Position numbers and translations under genes: made by a program
NCBI GenBank assembly: GCA_044239955.1
Contig: JBIIAL010000002.1
Reading direction: 5' to 3' (one strand)
DNA from: Rhodoluna sp.
GTDB taxonomy: Bacteria > Actinomycetota > Actinomycetes > Actinomycetales > Microbacteriaceae
Length of the DNA stretch: 64,000 bases
In this document: piece after piece, positions 1-9,838 of the stretch
How positions within the stretch are numbered: the stretch's first letter is position 1
How the letters are laid out: each line of letters begins with the position of its first letter
Notes under the pieces: generated by a model
The model's input: only the letters and a program-made list of their open reading frames with translations
What the model was told of the DNA's origin: nothing
The model's database searches: none

Positions 1-218
1 TTGCCGTGAACTTAGCTTTTGGGTTTTTCTTCCCAAACATCTCTTGGCAGGGTCACCTGGGAGGTTTACTTGCCGGAATGGCAGTTACTGCCGTTTACGC
101 CAGTACCAGATACAAGCCTGCGCTAACCCAAAAGATTCAAGTTTTGGGTGTGCTGGTTCTGATTCTTGCGTTTATCGCGGCTGGAGTATTTTTTCGGTTA
201 GTACCGATGTTTTCCTAG
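1..218 (+). CDS. Rhomboid-family intramembrane serine protease, C-terminal fragment (5' end outside window)
   Basis: ORF is open to the left edge and TM-rich. 'WQGHLGGLLAG' resembles the rhomboid catalytic-His helix (HxxGxxxG). It lies beside crgA, as in many Actinomycetota. Confidence 0.6.
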   Translation, partial: AVNLAFGFFFPNISWQGHLGGLLAGMAVTAVYASTRYKPALTQKIQVLGVLVLILAFIAAGVFFRLVPMFS

Positions 219-222
219 AGCG

Positions 223-546
223 TTACTTCCAGCGAGTCGACATCATGAAGCCGACCATGGCAATTCCAAAACCAATCAAGATGTTCCAGTTGGAGAGATT
301 AAGTGGCGTTCCAGCTCCTAGCGGGTACTGCGCGCTGGTCACGTAGTAAGTGATGATCCAGAAAAGCCCGACAATCATGAAGCCAAACATCACAGGCTTG
401 AACCAAACCGGGTTTAGGGCGTCTTCAGAATTCTTAGTCTTGGCCACTTTTTCAATCTTTGGCTTGCGCTTAGGAAGCTTTAGGGAACGTTTTTTTGGTA
501 ACGACGAGTCGTCTTCAGGGGTCGCAGTCAATTTAGGCATGGTCAT
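223..546 (-). CDS. crgA: Cell division protein CrgA
   Basis: 107 aa with a basic N-terminal tail, two TM helices (WFKPVMFGFMIVGLFWIITYY; NILIGFGIAMVGFMMS) and a C-terminal TRWK. Conserved position upstream of pabA/pknB. Confidence 0.85.
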   Translation of the reverse strand: MTMPKLTATPEDDSSLPKKRSLKLPKRKPKIEKVAKTKNSEDALNPVWFKPVMFGFMIVGLFWIITYYVTSAQYPLGAGTPLNLSNWNILIGFGIAMVGFMMSTRWK

Positions 547-572
547 AATTCTACAAGTAGGCTTTCAGTAAG

Positions 573-1208
573 ATGACCAAGATTCTCGTGCTGGATAACT
601 ATGACAGCTTTGTGTATACGCTCAGTGGCTATTTACAGCAGCTTGGAGCCACAACCGACGTTGTGAGAAACGATGCCGTTAGCGCCAAAGAGCTTCCAGA
701 ACTAATGAAACAGTACGACGGAGTGTTAATTAGCCCAGGACCTGGAACCCCTAAGGACGCAGGACTCAGCATCGATGTTGTGAAGAATGCGCTGGAAACC
801 AATCAGTCCGTTTTTGGAGTTTGCCTGGGTCATCAAGCAATCGCTGAGGCAATGGGCGCAACAGTTACCAGCGCTGAAGAGTTAATGCATGGAAAAACTA
901 GCGAAGTTGAACACGACAACAGTCTGGTATTCAAAGATGTTCCTAAATCCTTTAGGGCTACCAGATATCACTCGCTGGCTGTAGTCGACGGAACAGTTCC
1001 TAAAGAATTGGTTGTAACTAGCCGAACCAAAGGCGGAGTAATCATGGGATTACAACATCTCACCAAACCGATTTATGGAGTGCAGTTTCATCCTGAGAGT
1101 GTGCTCACCGAAGGTGGGTACCAGATGCTTGGAAACTGGCTAGAGTCAATCGGCCTCAAGGGAGCAGCAGCTAAAGCTAAAGAGCTTTCGCCAATGATTA
1201 AGTTCTAA
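573..1208 (+). CDS. pabA: Aminodeoxychorismate/anthranilate synthase component II (class-I glutamine amidotransferase)
   Basis: 'ILVLDNYDSFVYTL', nucleophile elbow 'GVCLGHQ' and 'GVQFHPES'. Synteny matches trpG/pabA next to pknB. Confidence 0.85.
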   Translation: MTKILVLDNYDSFVYTLSGYLQQLGATTDVVRNDAVSAKELPELMKQYDGVLISPGPGTPKDAGLSIDVVKNALETNQSVFGVCLGHQAIAEAMGATVTSAEELMHGKTSEVEHDNSLVFKDVPKSFRATRYHSLAVVDGTVPKELVVTSRTKGGVIMGLQHLTKPIYGVQFHPESVLTEGGYQMLGNWLESIGLKGAAAKAKELSPMIKF

Positions 1209-1211
1209 AAG

Positions 1212-3026
1212 CTACGGTGTTGGAGTAGGTGTTTCCGAAGGCGTAGGTGTTGGCGAAGGAGCAGGCGCTGGAGTGCACAGCAGCGTCAAAGTAACAGTTT
1301 GCTTTTGTTCTGCAAGACCTGCCGGCACCGACTGGAAAGCAATAACTGAACCAACGGTTCCTGTGCAGCCCGCAGGAGACTCAATGACAACTGTGAACCC
1401 AACGTCAGGACCTTCCATTGCGCGTCTTGCCTCAGCCGCTCCCAGGGTCAGTACCGATGGAACCTGCACTTTGCCGTCTGAGACCAGAAGCTTCACAGCA
1501 GTTCCCTCTTTGACCCCTGCGTTTGCCTCTGGCAAGGATTCAATAACAGCTCCCTTGGCAATAGTTGCGGAGTTAGCAGATGTTATTCCACCAAGAACTA
1601 ATCCAGCATCCTCCAAAGCTTCCTTAGCTTCAGTTTCTGTCAAACCTTCCAGGAACGGAACAGAAGTTTCTGGTTGACCGGAAGATACATAAATTTCGAT
1701 GGTTGAACGAGCTGCAAGTTTTGTTCCGGCTGGCGGGTCAGTCTTTATTACGACACCTTCTTCAACCGTGTCGCTTGTCTCCAAAATTCTTAGGACCAAG
1801 AAACCTTGATCCTCCAGGACCTTGCTACCGTCTTCATACAAGGCGCCGCTAATGTCGGTTACCTCAATGCTGCCAGTGTTATTTGGATCCACTGGGGTGA
1901 AGGCTCCACCCAAAGCGATAAGCCAAATAATCAGTCCTACGAGTGTTACAGCAACTCCAGAACCAATACCCCAAAGCAACTTAGCCGAAGGCTGATCCTT
2001 CGATGGGCGATCACGTAACTTGATGGAAGTTGTTGGTTCACCGGTTGTGTATTCAACACCAATTTCTTTGAAGAAATCTTCTGGATCAATATTGCCAATA
2101 ACTTCGGTTGGAGATGCTTCTTGTAAAGGCGCAACTGTGGTTTTTGGTGTGAAACCAGTTTTGGGAAGTGACTCGCCACGAACTGCTGCCATAAGGTGCT
2201 CTCGGAACTCCTCAGCGGTCTGGAAACGCTCTTCGCGATCTTTAGCCAGTGCGTTTAGAACGACCTGGTCTAGTTCGGGGCTTATTTCTGGATTGTGCTC
2301 TGAAGGAAGTGACACCTGCTCGCTGACATGCTGGTACGCAACTGAAACAGCAGTGTCACCTTTGAAAGGCGGCCTTCCCGCCAACATCTCAAACAACAAC
2401 ACACCCATTGAATAAAGGTCAGTTCGAGAATCAACTGTTTCGCCTCGAGCTTGCTCGGGAGAGAAGTACTGAGCGGTTCCAACAATTCCGGCGGTGTGTG
2501 CCTGAGTCTCTGAAGAATCAGAGATTGCTCTAGCAATACCAAAGTCCATTACCTTTACTTGACCCTCTGTGGTAATCATGATGTTGGAAGCTTTGATGTC
2601 GCGATGAATTATTCCGGCCTTGTGTGAAATCTCAAGGGCTGTAAGGACACCCTTGGCAAAGTCAACGGCTTCTTTTAGTGTCAACTTCTTTTCGTGCATC
2701 AGATCACGTAGGAGTTTTCCATTTACGTACTCCATGATGATAAATGGAGTCTTGATTTGGTTACCGTTACTGTCAGTGGAAAGCTCTTCACCGGCATCGT
2801 AGATACGAACAATGGTCGGGTGAGTCATCTTGGCAGAGGCCTGAGCCTCTTTGGCAAAACGCGACTCGAAAGCGTCATCGCTAGCTAGATCGGATTTTAG
2901 AAGTTTGATAGCAACCTTGCGCCCAAGGCGCAGATCGACACCTTCAAACACATCGGCCATACCCCCACGACCGATTAGCTCGCCCACTTGATAGCGGCCA
3001 GCTAGGACGCGTTCTTGCTCAGACAA
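1212..3026 (-). CDS. pknB: Ser/Thr protein kinase PknB (kinase domain, TM helix, about 3 PASTA repeats, PT-rich tail)
   Basis: 'GRGGMADVF', 'VAIKLL', 'HRDIKASNIM', 'DFGIAR' and 'SPEQA'. One TM helix (LLWGIGSGVAVTLVGLIIWLIAL) is followed by PASTA-like repeats. Last gene of the fhaA-pknB operon. Confidence 0.9.
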   Translation of the reverse strand: MSEQERVLAGRYQVGELIGRGGMADVFEGVDLRLGRKVAIKLLKSDLASDDAFESRFAKEAQASAKMTHPTIVRIYDAGEELSTDSNGNQIKTPFIIMEYVNGKLLRDLMHEKKLTLKEAVDFAKGVLTALEISHKAGIIHRDIKASNIMITTEGQVKVMDFGIARAISDSSETQAHTAGIVGTAQYFSPEQARGETVDSRTDLYSMGVLLFEMLAGRPPFKGDTAVSVAYQHVSEQVSLPSEHNPEISPELDQVVLNALAKDREERFQTAEEFREHLMAAVRGESLPKTGFTPKTTVAPLQEASPTEVIGNIDPEDFFKEIGVEYTTGEPTTSIKLRDRPSKDQPSAKLLWGIGSGVAVTLVGLIIWLIALGGAFTPVDPNNTGSIEVTDISGALYEDGSKVLEDQGFLVLRILETSDTVEEGVVIKTDPPAGTKLAARSTIEIYVSSGQPETSVPFLEGLTETEAKEALEDAGLVLGGITSANSATIAKGAVIESLPEANAGVKEGTAVKLLVSDGKVQVPSVLTLGAAEARRAMEGPDVGFTVVIESPAGCTGTVGSVIAFQSVPAGLAEQKQTVTLTLLCTPAPAPSPTPTPSETPTPTP

Positions 3027-3074
3027 TGATTTCTCCCCAGTTCTCTACCTCTAATAATACCAATCGCATATGAG

Positions 3075-4484
3075 CTAATCTCCGTTCGAAGTCGGCGAAG
3101 GGCTCACCGAACCAGTAGGTGTTGGGGTCACACTAGGAGTAGGTGAAGGGGTAACAGTTGCTGTCGGAGTTGGAGTCGGCTGTGCTTCCCCCTGGATGTA
3201 GTAGAAGATCCTGACAACTGAACCAACAGGCACTTGTCCTAGGCCTTCGGCCTGATAAACATCAAGAATCCTCGAATCACTTGGGTCAAGTGCCTCGCCA
3301 GGAATTGCTTCCACAACCAATCCCTTTTGAGTCAGGATCACGGAAGCATCGGCAACCTTTTTACCAACGACGTCAGTCAAGAACACGCTTACAGTCCTAT
3401 CCTGTCTTTGGTCTGGAGGAACCGAGGGTTGCTTGGAAACAGCAATCGAAGGCGTTGGGCTTGGGGATGACTCTGAAACCAAACTCACCACGATCGCAAT
3501 CATCACTCCAGCTGCCGCCACAACCAGCACTCCGATAAGCGCAAGCCAGGGCCAAACAACCGGAAGCTTTGTCAAGGGTTCTGTTTCAGGGGTTGATTCC
3601 AAATCGTTGACCCTTGTGACGGGAGCACTTTCTGGATCAAAAACCTCTGTTGCTGAAATACCTTCTAGCTGTAATCTCAGGGCCCTTGCTCTGTTTGATA
3701 GATCAAGAGCGGTACCAGGTCGCTGGTTTGGTTTCTTAGCCAGGCAGGACATCACAAGTTCTTGAACTCGCTTGTCTATGTCATCTCCAAATGGTGGCGG
3801 CTTGTCGTTGATTTGAGCCATGGCAATAATCATTTGTGATTCACCAGTGAACGGTCGTCTTCCGGTCAGCGCCTCATAGGCGACGATGCCGAGTGAGTAA
3901 ATGTCTGTGGAGGGAGTCGCGGGTTTTCCAGTTGCCTGCTCGGGAGCCAGATACTGAACTGTTCCCATAACCTGACCAGCTGCGGTTAGGGCAACTTGGT
4001 CAGCAACCCTAGCAATACCAAAGTCGGTAATCTTCACTTTGCCCGACGGGGTAATCAGCAAATTTCCTGGCTTGATGTCCCTGTGAACAAGGCCATCCTC
4101 GTGAGCTGCGTGCAGGGCCTTGGCAGTTTGCTCAATAATGCTAAGGACTTCTACCTCGGTAAGCCTGATTCGCTTTTCAATAATGCGTGCCAGTGAATCA
4201 CCGGCAACAATTTCCATAACCAGATAAGCAGAGCCAGAACCCTCACCGTAGTCGTAGACATCTGCAATACCAACGTGGTCAACCCTGGCTGCGTGACGAG
4301 CTTCGACTCGGAATCTTTCAAGGAAACCAGGGTCTCCCATGAACTCAGGCTTCAAGATCTTGATGGCAACATCTCTCAAGATCACTTCATCGTGCGCTCG
4401 CCAAACTTCTCCCATACCGCCAATAGCTATGCGATCAACTAGTCGGTAACGGTTTCCGTAAATCTGTCCAGCTTCTGGCTTCAT
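3075..4484 (-). CDS. pknA: Ser/Thr protein kinase at the pknA position, carrying one extracellular PASTA-like repeat and a PT-rich tail
   Basis: 'GGMGEVW', 'VAIKILK', '[10 protein letters not shown]', 'DFGIAR' and 'APEQA'. A TM helix is followed by '[20 protein letters not shown]...'. The 4-nt overlap with pbpA indicates operon coupling. Confidence 0.8.
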   Translation of the reverse strand: MKPEAGQIYGNRYRLVDRIAIGGMGEVWRAHDEVILRDVAIKILKPEFMGDPGFLERFRVEARHAARVDHVGIADVYDYGEGSGSAYLVMEIVAGDSLARIIEKRIRLTEVEVLSIIEQTAKALHAAHEDGLVHRDIKPGNLLITPSGKVKITDFGIARVADQVALTAAGQVMGTVQYLAPEQATGKPATPSTDIYSLGIVAYEALTGRRPFTGESQMIIAMAQINDKPPPFGDDIDKRVQELVMSCLAKKPNQRPGTALDLSNRARALRLQLEGISATEVFDPESAPVTRVNDLESTPETEPLTKLPVVWPWLALIGVLVVAAAGVMIAIVVSLVSESSPSPTPSIAVSKQPSVPPDQRQDRTVSVFLTDVVGKKVADASVILTQKGLVVEAIPGEALDPSDSRILDVYQAEGLGQVPVGSVVRIFYYIQGEAQPTPTPTATVTPSPTPSVTPTPTGSVSPSPTSNGD

Positions 4485-5935
4485 GGACCAAGCACCGCCT
4501 TGAAAAATGACCTTGCAACAGGGGCGGCAGTTGCGTTTCCACCTGATCCACTGTCTCTACCGCCACCATCTTCGATCACAACGGCAATTACAAACCTTGG
4601 ATTTACTGATGGCGCGAATCCGGTGAACCAAAGTGTTGGGCGGACACCCTCACCGTTCTCGGCTGTTCCGGTCTTACCAGCCACCTCGATGGTCTCAAGC
4701 TCTGCGTTAGAAGCGACACCGTTTTTGACTGACTCGACCATCATCAACCTGATGCTCTCGGCGGTTGCTGCTGTTATTGGTTGCGAGAGAACGCTGGGTT
4801 GTGGAGCATCGATTACAGAAAGATTTGGGCTGATGACACTTTCGATAAGGTTAGGCTTCATAACCACACCCCCGTTAGCAACCGCTGCCGAGACCAGAGC
4901 CATCTGGAGCGGGGTTACTCTCACGTCGTACTGACCAAAAGAGCTCAAACCCAATTGAGCATCATCTAGATTTGCTGGGAAGGTACTAGGTGTCACAACC
5001 ATTGGCACTCTAAGTTCTTTACCGAAGCCGAACAATTCCGCCTGAGCTCGCAAGCGATCTTGACCAAGAGCTAGTCCAAGCTCAACAAAAGGCACATTGC
5101 AACTAAGCGACAAGGCATCAATCAGTGAAACCGTTGGTGCTGTTCCTCCGCAGGGACGCTCGGTTGAATTAAAAACCTCCGCAGTTGAGCCAGGGAGCTG
5201 AACGGAAACTGGGTTCTGGAAAGTGGATTCGTTTGTGTAAAGGCCAGACTCTAAAGCCGCCGCCGCCACCACAAGTTTGAATACTGAACCGGGGTGATAC
5301 AAGTCACCAGAGATTGTTTTATTTATTAGAGGATTGTTGGGGTCTTGTTCTAACCTGGCGTAGTTATCGGCAACAGATTGATTGTCGTGACCGGCAATCT
5401 CGTTGGCATCAAAACTTGATTTGGAAACCATGGCCAGAATATTTCCAGTTACCGGGTCAAGTACCACGACCGATCCTTGAAGATCCCCCAGAGCATCCCA
5501 GGCAGCCTGCTGCATTAGTGGGTCGATTGTTAGCTCAACCGCTGCACCCGATACTGGGTTTCCAGATAGCACTGCGTTGAACTTTTCAAAAAACTGCGAT
5601 GAGCTTTGACCCGACAGGTAGGAATTCAGCGCAGCTTCGACTCCAGTTGCGCCGCGGAAGACAGAAAAGTAGCCGGTGACAGCTGAATACATGTCATCTT
5701 CGTATACACGCAGGTATCGGTACGCGTCATCCGATTCCACCGAGGTTGCTATGGCCTTACCGTCAACAAGAATCGGACCGCGCAGGGTTTTGTAGCTTTC
5801 GTAAAGGTTTCTAACATTTCTTGGATCCTCAGCTAGGGCCTCACCATCCAAAGCTTGAATGGCTGATGCCGAGATAAACAGCGACAAAAACATTGCAGCT
5901 ACCACCAACGAAACTCGCCTGAGTTCTTTAGTCAT
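4481..5935 (-). CDS. pbpA: Class B penicillin-binding protein (D,D-transpeptidase) PbpA
   Basis: Has the SxxK motif 'GSVFK', SxN 'LSCNV' and KTG 'GKTGTAE', plus an N-terminal signal-anchor. Sits between rodA and pknA. Confidence 0.85.
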   Translation of the reverse strand: MTKELRRVSLVVAAMFLSLFISASAIQALDGEALAEDPRNVRNLYESYKTLRGPILVDGKAIATSVESDDAYRYLRVYEDDMYSAVTGYFSVFRGATGVEAALNSYLSGQSSSQFFEKFNAVLSGNPVSGAAVELTIDPLMQQAAWDALGDLQGSVVVLDPVTGNILAMVSKSSFDANEIAGHDNQSVADNYARLEQDPNNPLINKTISGDLYHPGSVFKLVVAAAALESGLYTNESTFQNPVSVQLPGSTAEVFNSTERPCGGTAPTVSLIDALSLSCNVPFVELGLALGQDRLRAQAELFGFGKELRVPMVVTPSTFPANLDDAQLGLSSFGQYDVRVTPLQMALVSAAVANGGVVMKPNLIESVISPNLSVIDAPQPSVLSQPITAATAESIRLMMVESVKNGVASNAELETIEVAGKTGTAENGEGVRPTLWFTGFAPSVNPRFVIAVVIEDGGGRDSGSGGNATAAPVARSFFKAVLGP

Positions 5936-7308
5936 CGGATCACCAACTTAGATGCATGATCTGTTGTGGAGTCAGAAAGTCTTAGCAGCATCGCAATTAT
6001 TACCCAGTTGGCCAAAAGTGATGAACCACCAGCTGCAAGTAGCGGTGTTGTAAGTCCAGTTAGTGGCAAGATTCTGGTAACCCCACCGATAACAACGAAT
6101 ACTTGCAAAGCGATTACGAATGCAAAGCCCACAGCAAGCAGCTTGGCAAATTCATCTTTGTGACTGAAGCCAATTTTTAGTCCTCTTGCTACCAAAAGGA
6201 AATACAGAGCCAAGATCGCAAAGAACCCAATGAGACCAAGTTCTTCAGCGAGGCTAGAAATAATGAAGTCGCTTTCGGCTAGTGGAACAAGTTGCGGGAC
6301 ACCGCCACCTAACCCAGAGCCAAAGATGCTTCCGTTGGACATGCCAAAGATTCCCTGAACGGTTTGGTAGCTTCCGCCGACCGCGTTGTAGTTTTCTTCA
6401 TCAAATGGGTTCAGCCAAGTCTCGAATCTTCGTGCCACGTAGTCCAATACCCTAGATGCCACTAGCCCCCCGGTTACCAACATCGCAATACCGATACCGG
6501 CGTAGAAAGCTCTTCCGGTGGCGACGTAGATCATCACTAGAAATAATCCGAAGTACAAAATGCTGGTTCCAAGATCGCGTTGCAAAACTAGAACGCCGAT
6601 ACTGGCAAGCCAAATCAAGAGAATTGGGCCAAGGTCTCGTCCTCTAGGGATTCTTACTCCCGAAATCTTTCTTCCAACTACCGCGAGAGAGTCTTTGTGA
6701 TTTACGAGGTACCCGGCAAAGAAAATAATTAGAGCCACCTTGGCAAGCTCACCTGGTTGAAAAGTGATTCCGAATATAGAAATCCAAAGACTTGCACCAT
6801 TGATGGTGGTTCCAATCACCGGAAGCATCGGCAACAGAAGCAGCACAATTCCAATAAACATCGCGGTGTATACGTAACGTCGCAAAAACAGTTGTGACGG
6901 TATGAAGTAGATAACTAGTGCGGCAATTGCCATCGCCAGCGCCGTCCACATCACCTGCCTGGATGCAAATAGCTCAGTACCACCAGAAGCAAGAGTTGCC
7001 AGATCTAATCGGTAAATCATCGCGATACCCAAACCATTTAGGACAAAGGCAATTGGCAAAATCAGCGGATCTGATTCTGAAGCTTTCCTGCGCAAGATAA
7101 AGTGCACAACCAAAACAAAGATCACAGGCGGTAGCCAGTAAGTAAAGAGGTCAACTGTCATCTTTTCCAGAATTGAAAGTTGAATCTGGGCTAGCTCAAA
7201 CGCATTTAGACCAGCTGCAAAAAACAGAAGCAACGCTTCTAGATTTCTACTTCTAGGAACAATCTTGATCAGCTTGGATATCTGCAGTGAGCCAGTAAAT
7301 GAACTCAT
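5932..7308 (-). CDS. rodA: FtsW/RodA/SpoVE-family peptidoglycan glycosyltransferase (RodA)
   Basis: Polytopic membrane protein with 'QPGELAKV', 'QRDLGT' and 'LPLTGLTTPLLAAGGSS'. Conserved synteny; overlaps pbpA by 4 nt. Confidence 0.85.
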   Translation of the reverse strand: MSSFTGSLQISKLIKIVPRSRNLEALLLFFAAGLNAFELAQIQLSILEKMTVDLFTYWLPPVIFVLVVHFILRRKASESDPLILPIAFVLNGLGIAMIYRLDLATLASGGTELFASRQVMWTALAMAIAALVIYFIPSQLFLRRYVYTAMFIGIVLLLLPMLPVIGTTINGASLWISIFGITFQPGELAKVALIIFFAGYLVNHKDSLAVVGRKISGVRIPRGRDLGPILLIWLASIGVLVLQRDLGTSILYFGLFLVMIYVATGRAFYAGIGIAMLVTGGLVASRVLDYVARRFETWLNPFDEENYNAVGGSYQTVQGIFGMSNGSIFGSGLGGGVPQLVPLAESDFIISSLAEELGLIGFFAILALYFLLVARGLKIGFSHKDEFAKLLAVGFAFVIALQVFVVIGGVTRILPLTGLTTPLLAAGGSSLLANWVIIAMLLRLSDSTTDHASKLVIR

Positions 7309-8553
7309 TTACTCACCACCAAGCTGAGAAACGATTCTTTCCGCTTCCTCTACAGACTCTGCTGAAATTGAGCGCTCGAGCGCTTCGCGCTGGAAGTCGG
7401 TCAGTGAATCAACCGAAACGTTGGTGACCTCGTAAACGCTGGAGAACTTGAAGGGACCCAGCTCTTCTTTGATGCCCTTGTAGATAACTACATAACCTTC
7501 ATCGATTCCTACGAAGTAGCGGGTTTGGGTGTAGTCGATTGCAAGAGATACTCCATAACCAGCTATACCTATTAGCAAAAGATAAGTTGCGATCTGTCTA
7601 AATCTTCTAGCCCTGACTCTTCCCTTAGTTTCTTTCAAAATCTTTTCGAGTAGCTCTTCGGATTCCGGGGCAAAGCGCACGGGGTCTTCAGGCTTTTGCA
7701 GAAGTTCAAGTAGTGTCAGCGGGTTTAGTAACCTCAGCACCTGCATACCCTTGCGCTGTTCGATAACCACGTCGTTAGCTGCGGAACCAACAAGGTTTCG
7801 AGTAGGAGAAAAATCGATCTCGTCTTTGGCGTCGACCACGTCTACCAAAACAACAGTGACGTTATCAGGAGCTCCAAACTCCAAAGCTTCACCAACTAAT
7901 AATTGACAAGCTTCTTGAGCGTCAACCTTGCTAAGCAAAATGTTGTTCATGAGTTGATTTGGAACTACACCTGAGAGCCCATCACTGCAAGCCATCCATC
8001 GATCGCCTGGCTTGGTCTCGTAGGTGTCGATGTCTACCTCTGGGAATTTTTCGATATCTCCCAGCACCCTCATCAAAACACTTCTGCGCGGGTGAGTGAG
8101 GGCTTCCTCCTCGGTGATTCGTCCAGTATCAACAAGTCTTTGAACAAAAGTGTGGTCGGAGGTGATCTGCTTCACAACACCATCGCGTGCGAGATAAATT
8201 CTTGAGTCACCGATGTGAGCGATTGTTACCTTGGTGCCCGTCACCATTAAAGCCGAAAGGGTTGTCCCCATTCCTGCAATTGCAGGGTGCTGCTTGACGC
8301 TGGCGTCAATTTTTTGCTTGGCTTGGTAAATGTAGTCAATAAGCTTTTGCTCAGCCTCTGCATTAGTTCCTAGTGGTTCATCAGCCAGTGCGAGATGTTG
8401 GGAGGCAATTGCGGAAGCGATGTCTCCTCCGGCATGACCACCCATACCGTCGGCTACAAAAAACAGATTCACACCGGCGTAGCCTGAGTCTTGGTTTGAC
8501 GACCTAACTCGACCGATGTCGCTGGCAGCAAATGAAACTGTTTTTATAGCCAA
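7309..8553 (-). CDS. pstP: PP2C-family Ser/Thr phosphatase PstP
   Basis: 'VADGMGGHAGGDIAS', 'CSDGL' and 'DNVTVVLVD'. A C-terminal TM helix is followed by an extracytoplasmic segment. Conserved synteny. Confidence 0.85.
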   Translation of the reverse strand: MAIKTVSFAASDIGRVRSSNQDSGYAGVNLFFVADGMGGHAGGDIASAIASQHLALADEPLGTNAEAEQKLIDYIYQAKQKIDASVKQHPAIAGMGTTLSALMVTGTKVTIAHIGDSRIYLARDGVVKQITSDHTFVQRLVDTGRITEEEALTHPRRSVLMRVLGDIEKFPEVDIDTYETKPGDRWMACSDGLSGVVPNQLMNNILLSKVDAQEACQLLVGEALEFGAPDNVTVVLVDVVDAKDEIDFSPTRNLVGSAANDVVIEQRKGMQVLRLLNPLTLLELLQKPEDPVRFAPESEELLEKILKETKGRVRARRFRQIATYLLLIGIAGYGVSLAIDYTQTRYFVGIDEGYVVIYKGIKEELGPFKFSSVYEVTNVSVDSLTDFQREALERSISAESVEEAERIVSQLGGE

Positions 8554-8556
8554 GAG

Positions 8557-9045
8557 TTAGGCCCTTAGCTCGAAGGATGTTTGGCCCACTCGGACCTGAG
8601 TGTTCATTGGAACTACCGAGGTTGTTCCAACTTTCTTGCCATCAAGCAAAGTTCCGTTAGTCGAGTCAAGATCTTGTATCAACCAGTCTCCGTTGATAAA
8701 TACCAACTTGGCGTGATGGGTGGAAGTGAATTCATCGTCAACAACTAGGTCGCTGTCTCCAGCGCGGCCGATGGTTAGCTGTCTTCCGGCAAGGGCAATT
8801 TCGGTTCCAGTTTTTTCACCAGCTGTTACAACAAGCTTGGTGGCTTTTTGCTCGGCCGGCTTTGCGCTTCCTGGCACAGAGCCGGCTGCTGCAACAAAAG
8901 TGTTTGGAAGATTTGCCGAAGCGACCTTAGAAACCACTTTTTGCCCGAAGAGATCGGCTCGAATCACCGAGATAATGCTGAAAATGAATATCCACAAAAG
9001 TGCCAGAAAACCCGTTCTAACCAGAAACAGAGCTAATTCACTCAC
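8557..9045 (-). CDS. fhaB: FHA-domain protein FhaB (FipA-like)
   Basis: N-terminal TM helix and a C-terminal FHA domain ('TIGRAGDSDLVV...HAKL...DLDSTNGT'). Conserved synteny. Confidence 0.8.
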   Translation of the reverse strand: MSELALFLVRTGFLALLWIFIFSIISVIRADLFGQKVVSKVASANLPNTFVAAAGSVPGSAKPAEQKATKLVVTAGEKTGTEIALAGRQLTIGRAGDSDLVVDDEFTSTHHAKLVFINGDWLIQDLDSTNGTLLDGKKVGTTSVVPMNTQVRVGQTSFELRA

Positions 9046-9710
9046 TTGGCCCTCGCTATAACGTTGAACAGAAAGTCAGTTCTTCCTGCTGAAAAAGTGG
9101 TCCCGTTTTGGAGAACCACTTGGTCAATCTTCCTACCGTTTATCTTTACTCCGTTGGTGGACCCTAAATCTCGCAACACCGCGCTGGAGCCATCCCAAAG
9201 GATTTCAAAGTGCTTTCTACTTAGACCATTGTCCCCGATTTGGATGTCTGCCGTGGAATCTCTACCAACAGTGGTTTTTGAAGAAACCAGGGAATGGGCT
9301 ACTCCCGCTACCTCAAGAACTGGCACCCAGGCTATATCCAATTTCTTGCTGCTGGAAACTACAGATAGCTGGCCCAAGGCCAAGGAAGCATCTGGGGTAA
9401 GGGAAAGCTCAAGAACTTCACCGAACTGGAATCTTTGGTTCTTAGCGTGCTCTGAACAAAGCCTAGTTAGCTCGTCAATAAGCGCTTCACCCAAATCGCT
9501 TAGCCGTTCATGGTCTTGGGGGCTCAGCTGAACCAAGTAGCTATTGGGCACCAGGATGCGATCGCGGCTAAGGATGGATGCCTTGGCATCCATATCTTGC
9601 TTGATGGCCGATGCTATCTCTACTGGCTCTAGGCTTGACTTGAAAGTTTTGGAAAACAGTCCAGTGACTTTCTTTTCAAGACCTTTCTCGAACTTATCTA
9701 AGAATCCCAA
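9042..9710 (-). CDS. fhaA: FHA-domain protein FhaA (DUF3662-type N-terminus plus FHA)
   Basis: N-terminus 'MGFLDKFEKGLEKKV...' and a C-terminal FHA domain ('TVGRDSTADIQI...RKHFEI...DLGSTNGVKING'). First gene of the operon. Confidence 0.8.
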   Translation of the reverse strand: MGFLDKFEKGLEKKVTGLFSKTFKSSLEPVEIASAIKQDMDAKASILSRDRILVPNSYLVQLSPQDHERLSDLGEALIDELTRLCSEHAKNQRFQFGEVLELSLTPDASLALGQLSVVSSSKKLDIAWVPVLEVAGVAHSLVSSKTTVGRDSTADIQIGDNGLSRKHFEILWDGSSAVLRDLGSTNGVKINGRKIDQVVLQNGTTFSAGRTDFLFNVIARAK

Positions 9711-9838
9711 GACATTCCCTTGTTCGGCGGTAAGTGTTCAGTTTACCAACATCACCAGTGATCGACTGGTAAAAAATTAGCCACAACACCTAATAACTGC
9801 CCGAAACGCGCTTACTTGATTGATTTAGGATTCTCTAC

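Noticed and set aside
1273-1677. Long antisense or alternative-frame ORFs inside confidently called genes. Examples: 1273-1677 in pknB, 16053-16499 in putA, 29710-30060 in thiP, 41856-42413 in the DUF2142-like gene, and 62991-63395 antisense to rplL.
   Set aside because: All are fully embedded in longer ORFs with clear family motifs. Their translations are low-complexity (S/P/A/R-rich) and they lack RBS or start context. This is typical frame-shadow ORFs of biased-composition genes.
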